The notes under the pieces were generated by a model. The model worked only from the letters and a program-made list of their open reading frames with translations. It did no database searches and was not told the origin of the DNA. This document shows positions 1 to 11,493 of a stretch of DNA of 64,000 nt, in pieces. A program made the translations under genes and the position numbers. The stretch covers positions 53,227-117,226 of the forward strand of contig JBJLIB010000012.1 in assembly GCA_045564015.1 (NCBI GenBank). The letters are read 5' to 3'. The stretch comes from Gammaproteobacteria bacterium (lineage in GTDB: Bacteria; Pseudomonadota; Gammaproteobacteria; Magnimaribacterales; D2472). The stretch's first letter is position 1, and every line of letters begins with the position of its first letter.

Positions 1-273
1 GAAAATATTTTTGAACAATCAGATGACTTAAAAGGGATCACAAGAAATCTAAAGAATAATGAAGGTGAGAATTTAGAGATTATAGATGAAGCTATTTTGT
101 GGCTTGGAATAGTGGAGATACGCGCTAATGAGCTGGCTCATCCTGTAGTTATTGATGAATGTATACGCCTAGCAAAGAAATTTTCTAATCCAAATTCTTA
201 TAAATTTGTAAATGCAAAACTCGACGATTGGTTAAAAACAAATCAAGCTGAATGGCTTAGGAAGGGTAGTTAA
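1..273 (+). CDS. nusB: Transcription antitermination factor NusB, 5'-truncated by the window edge
   Basis: Not in the ORF track. Frame 1 reads ...LEIIDEAILWLGIVEIRANELAHPVVIDECIRLAKKFSNPNSYKFVNAKLD..., matching the NusB C-terminus (IDxAILR...VVINEAIELAKxF...KFVNGVLD). TAA at 271-273. Confidence 0.85.
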   Translation, partial: ENIFEQSDDLKGITRNLKNNEGENLEIIDEAILWLGIVEIRANELAHPVVIDECIRLAKKFSNPNSYKFVNAKLDDWLKTNQAEWLRKGS

Positions 274-2488
274 CATAAATTGGGCTAGACCAAGCTCTAT
301 TTTCAGCTGGTGCAAGACAGTCTCCCCTATTCTCATGAACCCCCACTCTGCATATTTGAGTTTTAATGCATTTACCATTTTCATCAAATTCACATCCCAA
401 CGGATCAGCAGAAAGCTTTAGCGAGGGCTCTTCAATAGCCCTGACATAATAAACAGCATCTCTTCGACCAATTGAGAATTGCTCATCTTCAAATGACACC
501 TTGCAACTCGTACTATTGCAGGGGAAGGTCTTCCATACATCTTCTACAAGTCCTTCGACTGGTTCATTTTCATATTGTTGTGGCAAAATTTTAATAACCT
601 CAATTCGGGTAATCACTCTTCTTTCATTACTGGGGTTGTAACATTCTGAATTACAGATCTTCTCTAAACGCTCTTTTGTTAATCCATTGTTGCTATAGTC
701 AGGACAGCCAGGTTTTTGTTTAAGAGAGCCTGCTGCTTTTACAGTAAATACCGGTGATTGATTGCTCTCAACTTCTGAGCCCATTGATAAAGATTCAGAT
801 TGAGTTTCTGCATCAAACCATAAAAGAATTCTTGGTCCCGAGGTTGCATAAACTTCTTTTCTTTCTAGAGCATCCCAAATTGATTCTCTTTTTCGAGATG
901 TTGAGTGAGCAGCGACTAGTCCTCCTGACATAAAATATGCACTTTGTCTTTCAGCATCAGTGGCAATATTCAAATCCATAATGCTGGTCAAGTTAGTATT
1001 ACCTAAATCAACATAAGATGGTTCTAATTCACCTTTAGGGCGCCTTAAATCACTCATTTTTTCATAAAATGGATCATTGAAGCCATTAGCCTCAGTATTA
1101 AAAAGTCGATCAATTTCCTTGTATCCGGTACCAGGCCTAGCGCCATGATTATCGCTTGAGCCAATAAACCCAAACTTAAAACGTTGTGGGTTTTCTTTAT
1201 CAGTAAAATCACTTAATGCTAAAACATACTGAGCAGAGCCTAGAGGCCTATAGTTAAATGACGGCAAAAAACAATCATTGCATTGTCCAGCATTTAAGTA
1301 ATCATCTGGATTTGTTTCATTCACTGCAGCATATCCTGTTGAGCCCATTTGAGCCGCAAATAATTTTGTTTGATCTACTAAATACTTACAAGTTTGATCA
1401 TCCATCCCAGAGGTTTGACATCTTTCAGCCATAATATTGCCTGCTTGCTGGCAGGTTGGTAAGAAATCTTTAGTTTCATCAGGACAAAAAAGCTCAACGT
1501 TTAGATCAATGTCTGAATCATTCCAAGTTCTGTATTCTTCTGAGTTGCCATGACCAGAATATATCTCAAACAAAAATTGAGATTCATCATCCTTAAAATC
1601 TGTTAATTGTTTTTTCCAATCAGATGTTGGTGGAGTATAAAACCCCCAAGTAGTTCCATGCGGAATGACCATGTAGGGTGTATCCCAATCTTTCAATTTC
1701 TGGAACAAAATATTTGGATTGGTTGCCTCCTCATAACAATTTACAGGGAGATCTCTGGTATTTACTCCTTCAGGGCATATAGGTGTTGCTTGGATTTCGT
1801 CAAAGAATTTATCAAATGCAAAGAATCTGTCTCTATTTTTAAAATCTAAAGTTGCAGGCAAAGCTGACATGGTCCAAGGCAAGCCAAGTCTCATAACTAA
1901 TGGAGCAACTCCTCCTGAACCAATGGCTCTTGGTGGCACCACAGCATCATCGGTTTCTAAAAAAATAACGTTTTTATGCCCGTAATGATTTTCTGGATTC
2001 GGATCAACTTGAGTCCATTCCCATCCTAAGAAGCTAACCAAATCATCTGTTCCTTCTGATAAATTATTACATTGTTGAATGCTTTGTTTGGTATCCAACC
2101 ATTTTCTTGGGGTGCTTGCTTCAGCATGATCGTTAATGGACCAAAAATCTAAAGCTGAACAAAATCTTGCGTAATCACATGCATCAGCTAATGGCGAAGC
2201 CCCTTTACCGTTCATAAAGGGTAAAGACCACATGAATGCATCAGTTGAATAGGTTGTATGAACATGAAGATCGCCAAAGAGAATTTGTTTGTCATCCAAA
2301 ACCTCTAAATCTGATTTCACCACATTGATCCTAGTGGATCTATCTTGAATTGCTTGTTCTGGAAGAACTCTTCCTTCTATAACTCCAGGTCCATCCAATG
2401 TTCCAAAGACTTTTAAAACAGCGCCTCCAAAAAAAATAACTACAGTAAAAATACAAAGCAGAACGAGTGAAATTAGAAGGTTTTTCAT
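257..2488 (-). CDS. DUF3604-family PHP-like metallohydrolase with N-terminal membrane anchor/signal
   Basis: FGDLHVHT, INDHAE, GWEWT, IPHG, EIYSGHGNSE, SSDNHGARPG, EVYATSGPRI, YYVRAIE and RAWSSPI motifs; hydrophobic N-terminus; Cys-rich. Confidence 0.8.
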   Translation of the reverse strand: MKNLLISLVLLCIFTVVIFFGGAVLKVFGTLDGPGVIEGRVLPEQAIQDRSTRINVVKSDLEVLDDKQILFGDLHVHTTYSTDAFMWSLPFMNGKGASPLADACDYARFCSALDFWSINDHAEASTPRKWLDTKQSIQQCNNLSEGTDDLVSFLGWEWTQVDPNPENHYGHKNVIFLETDDAVVPPRAIGSGGVAPLVMRLGLPWTMSALPATLDFKNRDRFFAFDKFFDEIQATPICPEGVNTRDLPVNCYEEATNPNILFQKLKDWDTPYMVIPHGTTWGFYTPPTSDWKKQLTDFKDDESQFLFEIYSGHGNSEEYRTWNDSDIDLNVELFCPDETKDFLPTCQQAGNIMAERCQTSGMDDQTCKYLVDQTKLFAAQMGSTGYAAVNETNPDDYLNAGQCNDCFLPSFNYRPLGSAQYVLALSDFTDKENPQRFKFGFIGSSDNHGARPGTGYKEIDRLFNTEANGFNDPFYEKMSDLRRPKGELEPSYVDLGNTNLTSIMDLNIATDAERQSAYFMSGGLVAAHSTSRKRESIWDALERKEVYATSGPRILLWFDAETQSESLSMGSEVESNQSPVFTVKAAGSLKQKPGCPDYSNNGLTKERLEKICNSECYNPSNERRVITRIEVIKILPQQYENEPVEGLVEDVWKTFPCNSTSCKVSFEDEQFSIGRRDAVYYVRAIEEPSLKLSADPLGCEFDENGKCIKTQICRVGVHENRGDCLAPAENRAWSSPIYVNYPS

Positions 2489-2509
2489 GTCTCTCCAGAA
2501 TAGATAAAG

Positions 2510-3733
2510 CTAATCTCTATAAATTGTTTGATCTCTTGATGGTCCCACCGAAACTATGCCAACAGGACAATCCAAGGTTTCTTCAATAAATAGTATATAG
2601 TCCTGAGCAGCTTTAGGTAAATCATTAAAAGACCTAGCATTGGATGTATCCTGCTTCCAACCAGAAAATGTTTTATAAATAGGTTGCTGCTTTTGATCGT
2701 AGTCAATGCACACTTGAATTTCTTCAAAGCCATCTAGAACGTCTAATTTTGTGATGCATAGATTGGTAACAGAGTTGATAAAAACAATCGTTTCTAACGC
2801 TTTTAAATCCAACCATCCACATCTTCTTGGGCGTCCTGTTGTTGCACCAAATTCATGCCCAATCTTTGCCAGCTGGTCTGCGTTGGAATCAAATAACTCA
2901 GTAGCAAAAGGGCCCTCACCAACACGAGTAGTATATGCTTTGGTAATGCCCAAAATAGAATCAATATGTCGCGGGCCCACTCCCAAACCTGAAGATAAGC
3001 CACCTGCAGTAGTACTTGAAGAAGTGACATATGGATAGGTGCCATGATCAATGTCTAGCATAGAACCCTGCGCACCTTCAAAAAGGATGCTCTTGCCCTG
3101 TTTTACCCAAAGTTTTAAAAGATCCTGAGTTTTGCAATGATATTTATTATAAAGATCTATGTTGCCAGTCAGCTCTTCTAAAACATCCTCAAAAGCTATA
3201 GGTTGGGCATTATATAAATTCTGTAAAATTTGATTGTGATAATTAACCAATGTTGATAATTTTATCTTGAGCTCTTCAAGATTTTTTAAATCTCCAAAAC
3301 GCACTGCACGTCTAGCAATCTTGTCTTCATAGGCTGGGCCAATCCCTCTACCGGTTGTCCCAATACCTTCTTCTTTATCTCGAACCTGATCAATTGCTAT
3401 ATGAGTAGGCAAGATTAATGAGCAATCTTCACTGACATAAAAACGATCTTTAAAATTAATATCACTCTCTTGTAATTCCTTTATTTCTTTAGCTAAAGCT
3501 GGAAGAGATAAAACAAGACCATTACCCAAGACACAATGAACTGAAGGGTGAAGGATACCTGATGGGACTAAATGAAGGACTTTTTGTTCGCCATCAACTT
3601 TGAGTGTATGACCTGCGTTATGACCGCCTTGAAAACGACATACTGCCTCAGAACTTTCTGCCAAAGCATCTACAATTTTTCCTTTACCCTCATCACCCCA
3701 CTGCAAGCCCAAGATAAGGGTGTTATTGCTCAT
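2510..3733 (-). CDS. purA: Adenylosuccinate synthetase
   Basis: GLQWGDEGKGK, FQGGHNAGHT, GTTGRGIGPAYEDK, FEGAQG, GATTGRPRRCGW. Confidence 0.98.
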   Translation of the reverse strand: MSNNTLILGLQWGDEGKGKIVDALAESSEAVCRFQGGHNAGHTLKVDGEQKVLHLVPSGILHPSVHCVLGNGLVLSLPALAKEIKELQESDINFKDRFYVSEDCSLILPTHIAIDQVRDKEEGIGTTGRGIGPAYEDKIARRAVRFGDLKNLEELKIKLSTLVNYHNQILQNLYNAQPIAFEDVLEELTGNIDLYNKYHCKTQDLLKLWVKQGKSILFEGAQGSMLDIDHGTYPYVTSSSTTAGGLSSGLGVGPRHIDSILGITKAYTTRVGEGPFATELFDSNADQLAKIGHEFGATTGRPRRCGWLDLKALETIVFINSVTNLCITKLDVLDGFEEIQVCIDYDQKQQPIYKTFSGWKQDTSNARSFNDLPKAAQDYILFIEETLDCPVGIVSVGPSRDQTIYRD

Positions 3734-3739
3734 GGGATG

Positions 3740-4609
3740 TTAGTTATTGCCTTTTGACTTATTGAGGTATTTGAAGAAATCAGATTTAGGATCGATAACC
3801 AAAACATCTGACTTATTATTAAAAGTTGCATCATAAGCTTTCATGCTTCGAGTAAACTCATAAAATTCTGGATCTCTTGAGAATGATTCTGCATAGATTG
3901 CTGCTGCTGTAGCATCGCCCTCTCCTCTTATTTCTTCAGAGGTTTTGTAGGCTTCTGCAAGAATAATAACTCTTTCTTTATCCGCGGTTGAACGGATTTC
4001 ATTAGAAAGCTCATTTCCTTCAGCACGTAATTCTTCAGCTAATCTGTTTCTTTCAGAGCGCATTCTTTCATAAACAGAGTTACTTAGTTCAGGCGGCAAA
4101 TCGATTCTTTTAACTCTAAAATCAATAATCTCTATACCTAGATCAGATACAGAATTTCCTAAATTATCTCGCATGTCACTCATCAACTGATCTCTTTCTC
4201 CTGAAACTAATTCGGTCACTGTTCTTCGACCAAATTGATTTTTCAGCTCAAATGCAGTTCTTTGTCCAAGCAAATTATTTAAGTTAATAAAACTTCCACT
4301 GGTTGCATCATAAAAGGTTCGAACGTTTGTAATTCGATATTTTACAAACGAGTCAACAATAAGATATTTACTCTCAACTGTTAAGATTCTATTTGGCTCT
4401 TCATCTAGAGTCTGTAACCTTGAGTCATATTTTTTTACGTTTTGGATAATCGGTAATTTAAAATTTAAGCCAGTTGGAAGGTCGGATTTGATAGCTTCAC
4501 CAAACTGAAACACAATCCCATCTTCTTTTTCATCAATAACAAATATGCTGTTTAGTATTATTGCAAGAATAAGTCCCGCAAGAACTAAGAGATTCATTCC
4601 TTTAGTCAT
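3740..4609 (-). CDS. hflC: FtsH protease modulator HflC
   Basis: SPFH protein with N-terminal TM, VYERMRSER and DPEFYEFTRSM motifs; follows hflK. Confidence 0.95.
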   Translation of the reverse strand: MTKGMNLLVLAGLILAIILNSIFVIDEKEDGIVFQFGEAIKSDLPTGLNFKLPIIQNVKKYDSRLQTLDEEPNRILTVESKYLIVDSFVKYRITNVRTFYDATSGSFINLNNLLGQRTAFELKNQFGRRTVTELVSGERDQLMSDMRDNLGNSVSDLGIEIIDFRVKRIDLPPELSNSVYERMRSERNRLAEELRAEGNELSNEIRSTADKERVIILAEAYKTSEEIRGEGDATAAAIYAESFSRDPEFYEFTRSMKAYDATFNNKSDVLVIDPKSDFFKYLNKSKGNN

Positions 4610-5646
4610 TAGTCTTCCTCCTGTGATCTGTTTTGTTCAAGAATTTTATCTAATGGAAGGTACATCAAGTTATTGCCTCCCTCGACGTCCATCAATACTT
4701 TAGTTGAATTGCTGTATAGACCTTGCAAGGCATCTAAGTAAAGTCGATCCCGCGTCACTTTTGGTGCTTTTTCATACTCGGCTAATAGCTTATCAAAACG
4801 TACAGCTTCACCCTCTGCATTAGCTACAACCTCTTCTCTATATGCTTCAGCTGCTTGGATTCTAGCAAATGCTTGCCCTCGAGCTTCTGGGACAATAGAA
4901 AGGCCATATCTATCAGCTTCATTTTGCAATTTTTCTTTATCCTCTCTTGCTGCAACAACATCATCAAATGAAGCTTTGACAGCTGAAGGTGGATCAGTTT
5001 TTTCTATGTTGACCTGTTGCACTACAAGCCCAGTGGCATATAAATCGAGATAGCTTTGCAATCTTGAATCAACATCTTGAGCAATCATTTCACGGCCTGT
5101 TGTTAGTGTTTCCTCGAGGGTATTATCTCCAACAACATGACGTAATGAGCTTTCTGTCGCTTCTCTAAGGCTACTTTCTGGATCACGAACATTCAAAACA
5201 AAATCCTTTAAATTTTTTATTCGGTATTGCACAGAAATAGTTACATCAACTAGGTTTTCATCCTTGGTAAGCATGTTTGCTGTTTGTGAATAACGTCTAG
5301 TTAAGGCAACATTTTCTACATATCTTTCATCAACTCCAGCCAACATGAAGTTTAAGCCTTCTCCTGTCTCTTCATAATATTCACCAAACCTTAGAACAAC
5401 TGCTCTTTCTGGAGAGTCTAGCTGATAAATAGACATACTTGCGTAAATGACTAGTAATCCAAAAAAACCATACAAAAAAGCTTTTTTTGTTGGAAAATTA
5501 AATCCATTTCCGCCAGAAGATCCATTAGAGCCGGAACCTTGTTTTCCGAACATGACAGAAAACTTTTTTATTAAGTCATCAAACGAAACCTCGTCTTGAT
5601 CTTTTCTGCCCCAAGGGTCTTGATTATTTTGATTATCCCAATTCAC
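4609..5646 (-). CDS. hflK: FtsH protease modulator HflK (GTG start)
   Basis: MNW...DPWG N-terminus, MLTKDENLV, APKVTRDRLYLD, NNLMYLPLDK. Confidence 0.95.
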   Translation of the reverse strand: MNWDNQNNQDPWGRKDQDEVSFDDLIKKFSVMFGKQGSGSNGSSGGNGFNFPTKKAFLYGFFGLLVIYASMSIYQLDSPERAVVLRFGEYYEETGEGLNFMLAGVDERYVENVALTRRYSQTANMLTKDENLVDVTISVQYRIKNLKDFVLNVRDPESSLREATESSLRHVVGDNTLEETLTTGREMIAQDVDSRLQSYLDLYATGLVVQQVNIEKTDPPSAVKASFDDVVAAREDKEKLQNEADRYGLSIVPEARGQAFARIQAAEAYREEVVANAEGEAVRFDKLLAEYEKAPKVTRDRLYLDALQGLYSNSTKVLMDVEGGNNLMYLPLDKILEQNRSQEED

Positions 5647-5706
5647 GTAGATACCTATAATTGTAAAGTTTAATTATAAATTTAATTTGGGGGTAAATCC
5701 TAAGAA

Positions 5707-6660
5707 TTAAACGATTTCAAGCAAATTAAGTTGCTTTTTTAGTTGCTCAGCAGCTTCTTCACCTTGATGAAGATCAAAATAGATCAAATTTTCCCATCCT
5801 CTCATCCAAGTACATTGTCTTTTAGCAAATTGACGTGTAGCAAAAAGAGACTTTTCAAATAATTTAGACTGTTCCAACTTACCCTCAACCACTTGCAATC
5901 CTTGTCTATAATTTATTGCTTTCATTGCGGGATGTTCCGCAGAAATATCAAAAATATTTTGAATATTCACTATTTCCTCGAGCAAATTATCTCCAACCAA
6001 TGTCTCTTGTCTAGACTCTATTCTTGCATGAAGTTTTGCTCTTTCCACAGGAAAAATTCCAAACTCAATCAATGTGTGCTTTTCTTTTAATCCGCTAGTC
6101 TGTTCAGATGCAAGATTTTCACTCAAGCTCATGCCTGTTGAAGAGATAATCTCGATTGCTCTTATAATTCTTTGAGAGTCTTGAGAGTCAATAATTTTTG
6201 CTGCTTTAGGATCAAGCCTGGTTAGATCTGCATGCAGGGCATCCACTCCATCAGTAAGAATTTTTTTCTCTAACTCATCACGCAGAATCCGATCAGCCGA
6301 GGGAAGAGTGCTTATTCCTGTTTTCAAAAGATTAAAGTACATCATGCTGCCTCCAACCATTAATGGGATTTTATCTCTCGCATGTATGTCATCAATCAGC
6401 TTCATGGCTGAATCATAAAAATCTGCTACAGAAAATATAGAATCCAAAGAAACATGATTAACTAAATGATGAGGATGTTTTTTTAAGATTGCATTTGAAG
6501 GCTTAGCAGATCCAACATTGCATTCCTTATAAACCATGACTGAGTCTACGCTTATAATTTCTAGGGCTTCAAATTGATTTTGCCAGTTAATGGCCCAGTC
6601 GGTCTTCCCAGATGCAGTGGGACCTAGAAGAAATATTATGGGTTTCTTACTCAGTTTCAA
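5707..6660 (-). CDS. miaA: tRNA dimethylallyltransferase (TTG start)
   Basis: GPTASGKT, IISVDSVMVY, VGGSMMY, TRQFAKRQCTW. Confidence 0.96.
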   Translation of the reverse strand: MKLSKKPIIFLLGPTASGKTDWAINWQNQFEALEIISVDSVMVYKECNVGSAKPSNAILKKHPHHLVNHVSLDSIFSVADFYDSAMKLIDDIHARDKIPLMVGGSMMYFNLLKTGISTLPSADRILRDELEKKILTDGVDALHADLTRLDPKAAKIIDSQDSQRIIRAIEIISSTGMSLSENLASEQTSGLKEKHTLIEFGIFPVERAKLHARIESRQETLVGDNLLEEIVNIQNIFDISAEHPAMKAINYRQGLQVVEGKLEQSKLFEKSLFATRQFAKRQCTWMRGWENLIYFDLHQGEEAAEQLKKQLNLLEIV

Positions 6661-6665
6661 ATACT

Positions 6666-8236
<1,571 letters not shown>

Positions 8237-8297
8237 ATAAAAGGTATATCTAAATTAATGTAATAATACATTCTTTAATTTTTATGTACTCATAATA

Positions 8298-9152
8298 TTG
8301 ATCAGATTAATGATGACATTATGGCAAGGTCTTAGCCATCTACCAACTTCATGGCATCCGGCAATAGGAAGACTCTGTGGCAATCTCCTATTTATTTTAG
8401 CTAAGAGTAGAAAAAAAATTGCTCAAGCAAATATTGAAGCATGCTTTCCAAATCTCTCAAAAGCAGAGCGACAAGATCTCTTGCAGGATAATTTTTTGCA
8501 TCTGGGAAGATCATTCATTGAGACGGGCATCGCTTGGTTTTGGTCAGATAAGAAAATACAAAGCAAGGTTGATTATGATGTCATTGGGATAAATCATTTA
8601 TCTAACAATAACTCTAATAAAGGAAACTTAATCATTTTCAAGCACTCTCAACATTTAGAGTTGGATGCCCGACTTTTTGCCATGAATGCAGCGGTATATG
8701 GTGTAAGCAGAACACATAATTCCGCTTCAATGAATAAAATCCAAAATAAAGGTCGGCTTTCTAGCATTAAAGATACTGCAGATAAGAATAATCCACGAAA
8801 ATTTATGAAATGGCTGAAAGCAGGGAAGAATGTCATGTATGCAATAGATCAAGATTATGGATGGGATCATTCTGTGAAATTACAGTTTTTCAATCAAGAG
8901 GCTGCTACGATCACCACAACAAGAAAGATTATTGATGCTACTAATGCAAATTTATTATTTATAAATTCATATTACAAAAATAAAACATTAGTTCTTCAGA
9001 TAGAATTAATTGATCATGAAGGACTAAATTCAATAAAGTTGGCACAGAAAATTAATGACTTAATGGAAGAAAAGATTCTGCAACATCCAGCTGAATATCT
9101 TTGGATGCATAGAAGGTTTAAATCAACATTAGGAAAAAACTTTTATAAATAA
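8298..9152 (+). CDS. lpxL: Lipid A late acyltransferase (LpxL/LpxP family); start may be ATG 8310
   Basis: NIEACFP, ETGIAWFWS, HxxxxE motif (HSQHLE), DQDYG, YLWMHRRFKS; divergent from waaA. Confidence 0.88.
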   Translation: MIRLMMTLWQGLSHLPTSWHPAIGRLCGNLLFILAKSRKKIAQANIEACFPNLSKAERQDLLQDNFLHLGRSFIETGIAWFWSDKKIQSKVDYDVIGINHLSNNNSNKGNLIIFKHSQHLELDARLFAMNAAVYGVSRTHNSASMNKIQNKGRLSSIKDTADKNNPRKFMKWLKAGKNVMYAIDQDYGWDHSVKLQFFNQEAATITTTRKIIDATNANLLFINSYYKNKTLVLQIELIDHEGLNSIKLAQKINDLMEEKILQHPAEYLWMHRRFKSTLGKNFYK

Positions 9153-9153
9153 T

Positions 9154-9759
9154 ATGGACTTTGAACAATTAGATAATCTCAAAGGATTTATGCCTAGCCA
9201 TGAAGGCTTAGCATTAACAAAATGGGCAGAAAAATTTTCTCAATGTGGGCCTGCGCTTGAAATTGGTACCTTTGGTGCCAAGTCTGCTCTATACATCGCG
9301 GCTGGAAGTTCAATTCATGATGAGCTAGTTTATACAATAGATCATCATTCTGGTTCAGAAGAACACCAACTTGGTGAAGAGTATTTTGATCCAGAGATTT
9401 ATGATAAAAAATTAGGCCGAGTGAATACAGTGCCTTTGATGCAAGCTAATCTTCAGCAGTTTGATGAAAGTAAATGGGTGGTCCCCATTCTTGCAAATGC
9501 AAATTCTATTGCGCCTTCATGGAGGGCTGAATTAGGGCTTTTGTTTATTGATGGAAGTCATACTGAAATATCTGCACTGAATGATTATGATAATTGGAGC
9601 TCCAAGCTCCATTCTAATGGTGCATTGGTCATTCATGATATTTATGAAAAACCTGAAGACGGCGGACAAGCACCATATCTAATTTATCAAAAAGCTCTAA
9701 CAGAAGGTTTTCAACTTTACGAACGAGTTGATACGATTGTTTGCCTTACTAAAGCTTAA
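9154..9759 (+). CDS. Class I SAM methyltransferase (Methyltransf_24 type), MeT1-like 1-O-methyltransferase
   Basis: KGFM, LEIGTFGAKS, DHHSGSEEHQ, FIDGSHT, IHDIY...DGGQAPY motifs, as I recall them from actinobacterial MeT1 homologues. Confidence 0.8.
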   Translation: MDFEQLDNLKGFMPSHEGLALTKWAEKFSQCGPALEIGTFGAKSALYIAAGSSIHDELVYTIDHHSGSEEHQLGEEYFDPEIYDKKLGRVNTVPLMQANLQQFDESKWVVPILANANSIAPSWRAELGLLFIDGSHTEISALNDYDNWSSKLHSNGALVIHDIYEKPEDGGQAPYLIYQKALTEGFQLYERVDTIVCLTKA

Positions 9760-10792
9760 ATTGTTGCTTTATAAATAAATCTGCACCAGGGGTGAGTTGA
9801 TTGTTTGCATCGGCTGCAAGAATGCATGCCGCGGAAGTCCATGACGGCGTTTCTTCTGGCCAATAAATATTTTCATAAAATTGCCAGCCCATGTAAGGTA
9901 TGCCCTCTCTATCAACTATGGCAATAGCATTAAGAAGCAGTTCTGATGCAATCTTATCTTCACCAATTTTTTTGTATGCAATAGAGCATTCACTTGTCTC
10001 TGCAACAGTTACCCATGGTTCATCTGAAACACATTTGATTCCAAGGCCTTTAATCCAAAAAGAATCTTTAATGTTCTCTATTAGAGAGGTTATTCGTTGT
10101 TTAGAATTAATGCCGCCCAAGATTGGGTAATACCAGTCCATTGAAAACCTACTGCGATCTTTCTTTAGGTCAAAAATTTCTGCTGGATTTTCAAGCGCAA
10201 CTATCAATTTTGAATGCGAATCTCTCCATTCTGACTCAATGCTTTGATGCTCCAAAACTTGGCAAATTGCTATTGCACACTCTAGACTTTTCGCAATGGA
10301 GCTACAACCAGTTAATAAATAGTCTTCATCAATTTTTTCAGACTCATCAATATTCCATGCAATAGCTCCATTGCTATGTTGAAGAGAAAGAGAGAATAAA
10401 ATACCTTTTTTAACCGGCTCCCAAAAATTTTGAAGGAAATTAATATTGTTATTAAGCAAATAAAAGTGCCAAACTGCAACAGCAATATATGATGCATAAT
10501 TAGTCTGTTTATTTAGCTCTAATGGCTCTTCATCCTGATAGAGGTTATACCAACTGCCATCTTCATTTTGATTAGCTACCATCCACTGAAGACCATTAAG
10601 AGCTTGATCCCTAAAGCCTAAAGTAGTTAAGCCCATAACAGCTTCAAGATGATCCCAAGGATCATGTGAGCCATCCTGATTCGAGGGAATGGCACCAGAT
10701 AAAAGCTGAGAATCTTCTAAAAACTTGCCTAAATGGTTCAACCCATCCAAAGAACTAGGGTCAATATGAGATGTATTCGGAAATTCTTTCAT
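9749..10792 (-). CDS. (alpha/alpha)6-barrel protein usually annotated 'prenyltransferase/squalene oxidase repeat'; MmpH-like alpha-mannosidase candidate
   Basis: DPWDHLEA, QNEDGSW, YIAVAVWH, LLTGCSSI, RFSMDWYYPILGG, PWVTVAETSE, SWTSAACILAADA; context with a GT4 and two methyltransferases. Confidence 0.7.
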   Translation of the reverse strand: MKEFPNTSHIDPSSLDGLNHLGKFLEDSQLLSGAIPSNQDGSHDPWDHLEAVMGLTTLGFRDQALNGLQWMVANQNEDGSWYNLYQDEEPLELNKQTNYASYIAVAVWHFYLLNNNINFLQNFWEPVKKGILFSLSLQHSNGAIAWNIDESEKIDEDYLLTGCSSIAKSLECAIAICQVLEHQSIESEWRDSHSKLIVALENPAEIFDLKKDRSRFSMDWYYPILGGINSKQRITSLIENIKDSFWIKGLGIKCVSDEPWVTVAETSECSIAYKKIGEDKIASELLLNAIAIVDREGIPYMGWQFYENIYWPEETPSWTSAACILAADANNQLTPGADLFIKQQFKL

Positions 10793-11493
10793 TTTTTTTC
10801 AAAATAAAATGCAATGCTTTTTCCAAAAATAGGATTAAGAATTTTTTCAAGATTATTCAGCCATGCTGGACTTTGTAAAATTTGATATTCAAGAAATTTT
10901 TTATATATCTTTACTAGGTAATTTGAATCTTGAGTTTTCCAAAAAATACATCTTAGCCACCAATAGGCACTGTGCAGGCCATGAAATCTTTCAGCATGAT
11001 CATACTTAAATCCATGATCTAAGATTTCATTGATCAATTGACGCTTTTTAAAAATTCTTACATGGCCGCCAGGCATATTTTGATAGCCTGTTGAGAGAGA
11101 CCAGCAAATTTTTTCAGGCCAATATGAAGGAACGCTAGGTAGAAATTTACCTTCCGGTTTTAGAACTCTAAAAATTTCATCAATTGCTGCATGGTAATCA
11201 TCAAGATGCTCTAGAACCTCTGAACAAATTACAAGATCAAAAGTATTATCATCAAATGGAAGTCTATACACTGAGCCTTGCATAAACATAGTAGAGCCAG
11301 AATTCAGCTCCTTAAAAAACTCTAAACCTTCCTTACATTTATTTAATGAAGGGACATCCTGGTCCAATCCAACACAATGGACATCAGGAAATTCATGCAA
11401 AGATCCAAAAATATGACGTCCCTCTCCACACCCAACATCTAAAACTTTTGAGTGTGGCTCAAGCGCTATCTCATGCAAGCTAAAAGTTAACAT
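10789..11493 (-). CDS. Class I SAM methyltransferase, MeT3-like putative 3-O-methyltransferase
   Basis: VLDVGCGEGRH, FDLVICSEVLEH, WPEKICW...GGHVRI, LHSAYWWLRC, LNPIFGKS. Confidence 0.8.
   Translation of the reverse strand: MLTFSLHEIALEPHSKVLDVGCGEGRHIFGSLHEFPDVHCVGLDQDVPSLNKCKEGLEFFKELNSGSTMFMQGSVYRLPFDDNTFDLVICSEVLEHLDDYHAAIDEIFRVLKPEGKFLPSVPSYWPEKICWSLSTGYQNMPGGHVRIFKKRQLINEILDHGFKYDHAERFHGLHSAYWWLRCIFWKTQDSNYLVKIYKKFLEYQILQSPAWLNNLEKILNPIFGKSIAFYFEKK

Noticed and set aside
9749-10792. Squalene-hopene cyclase or true prenyltransferase (QNEDGSW repeat)
   Set aside because: Only 347 aa, no DXDD motif, a single QW-like repeat; gene context fits an MmpH-like glycosidase better.
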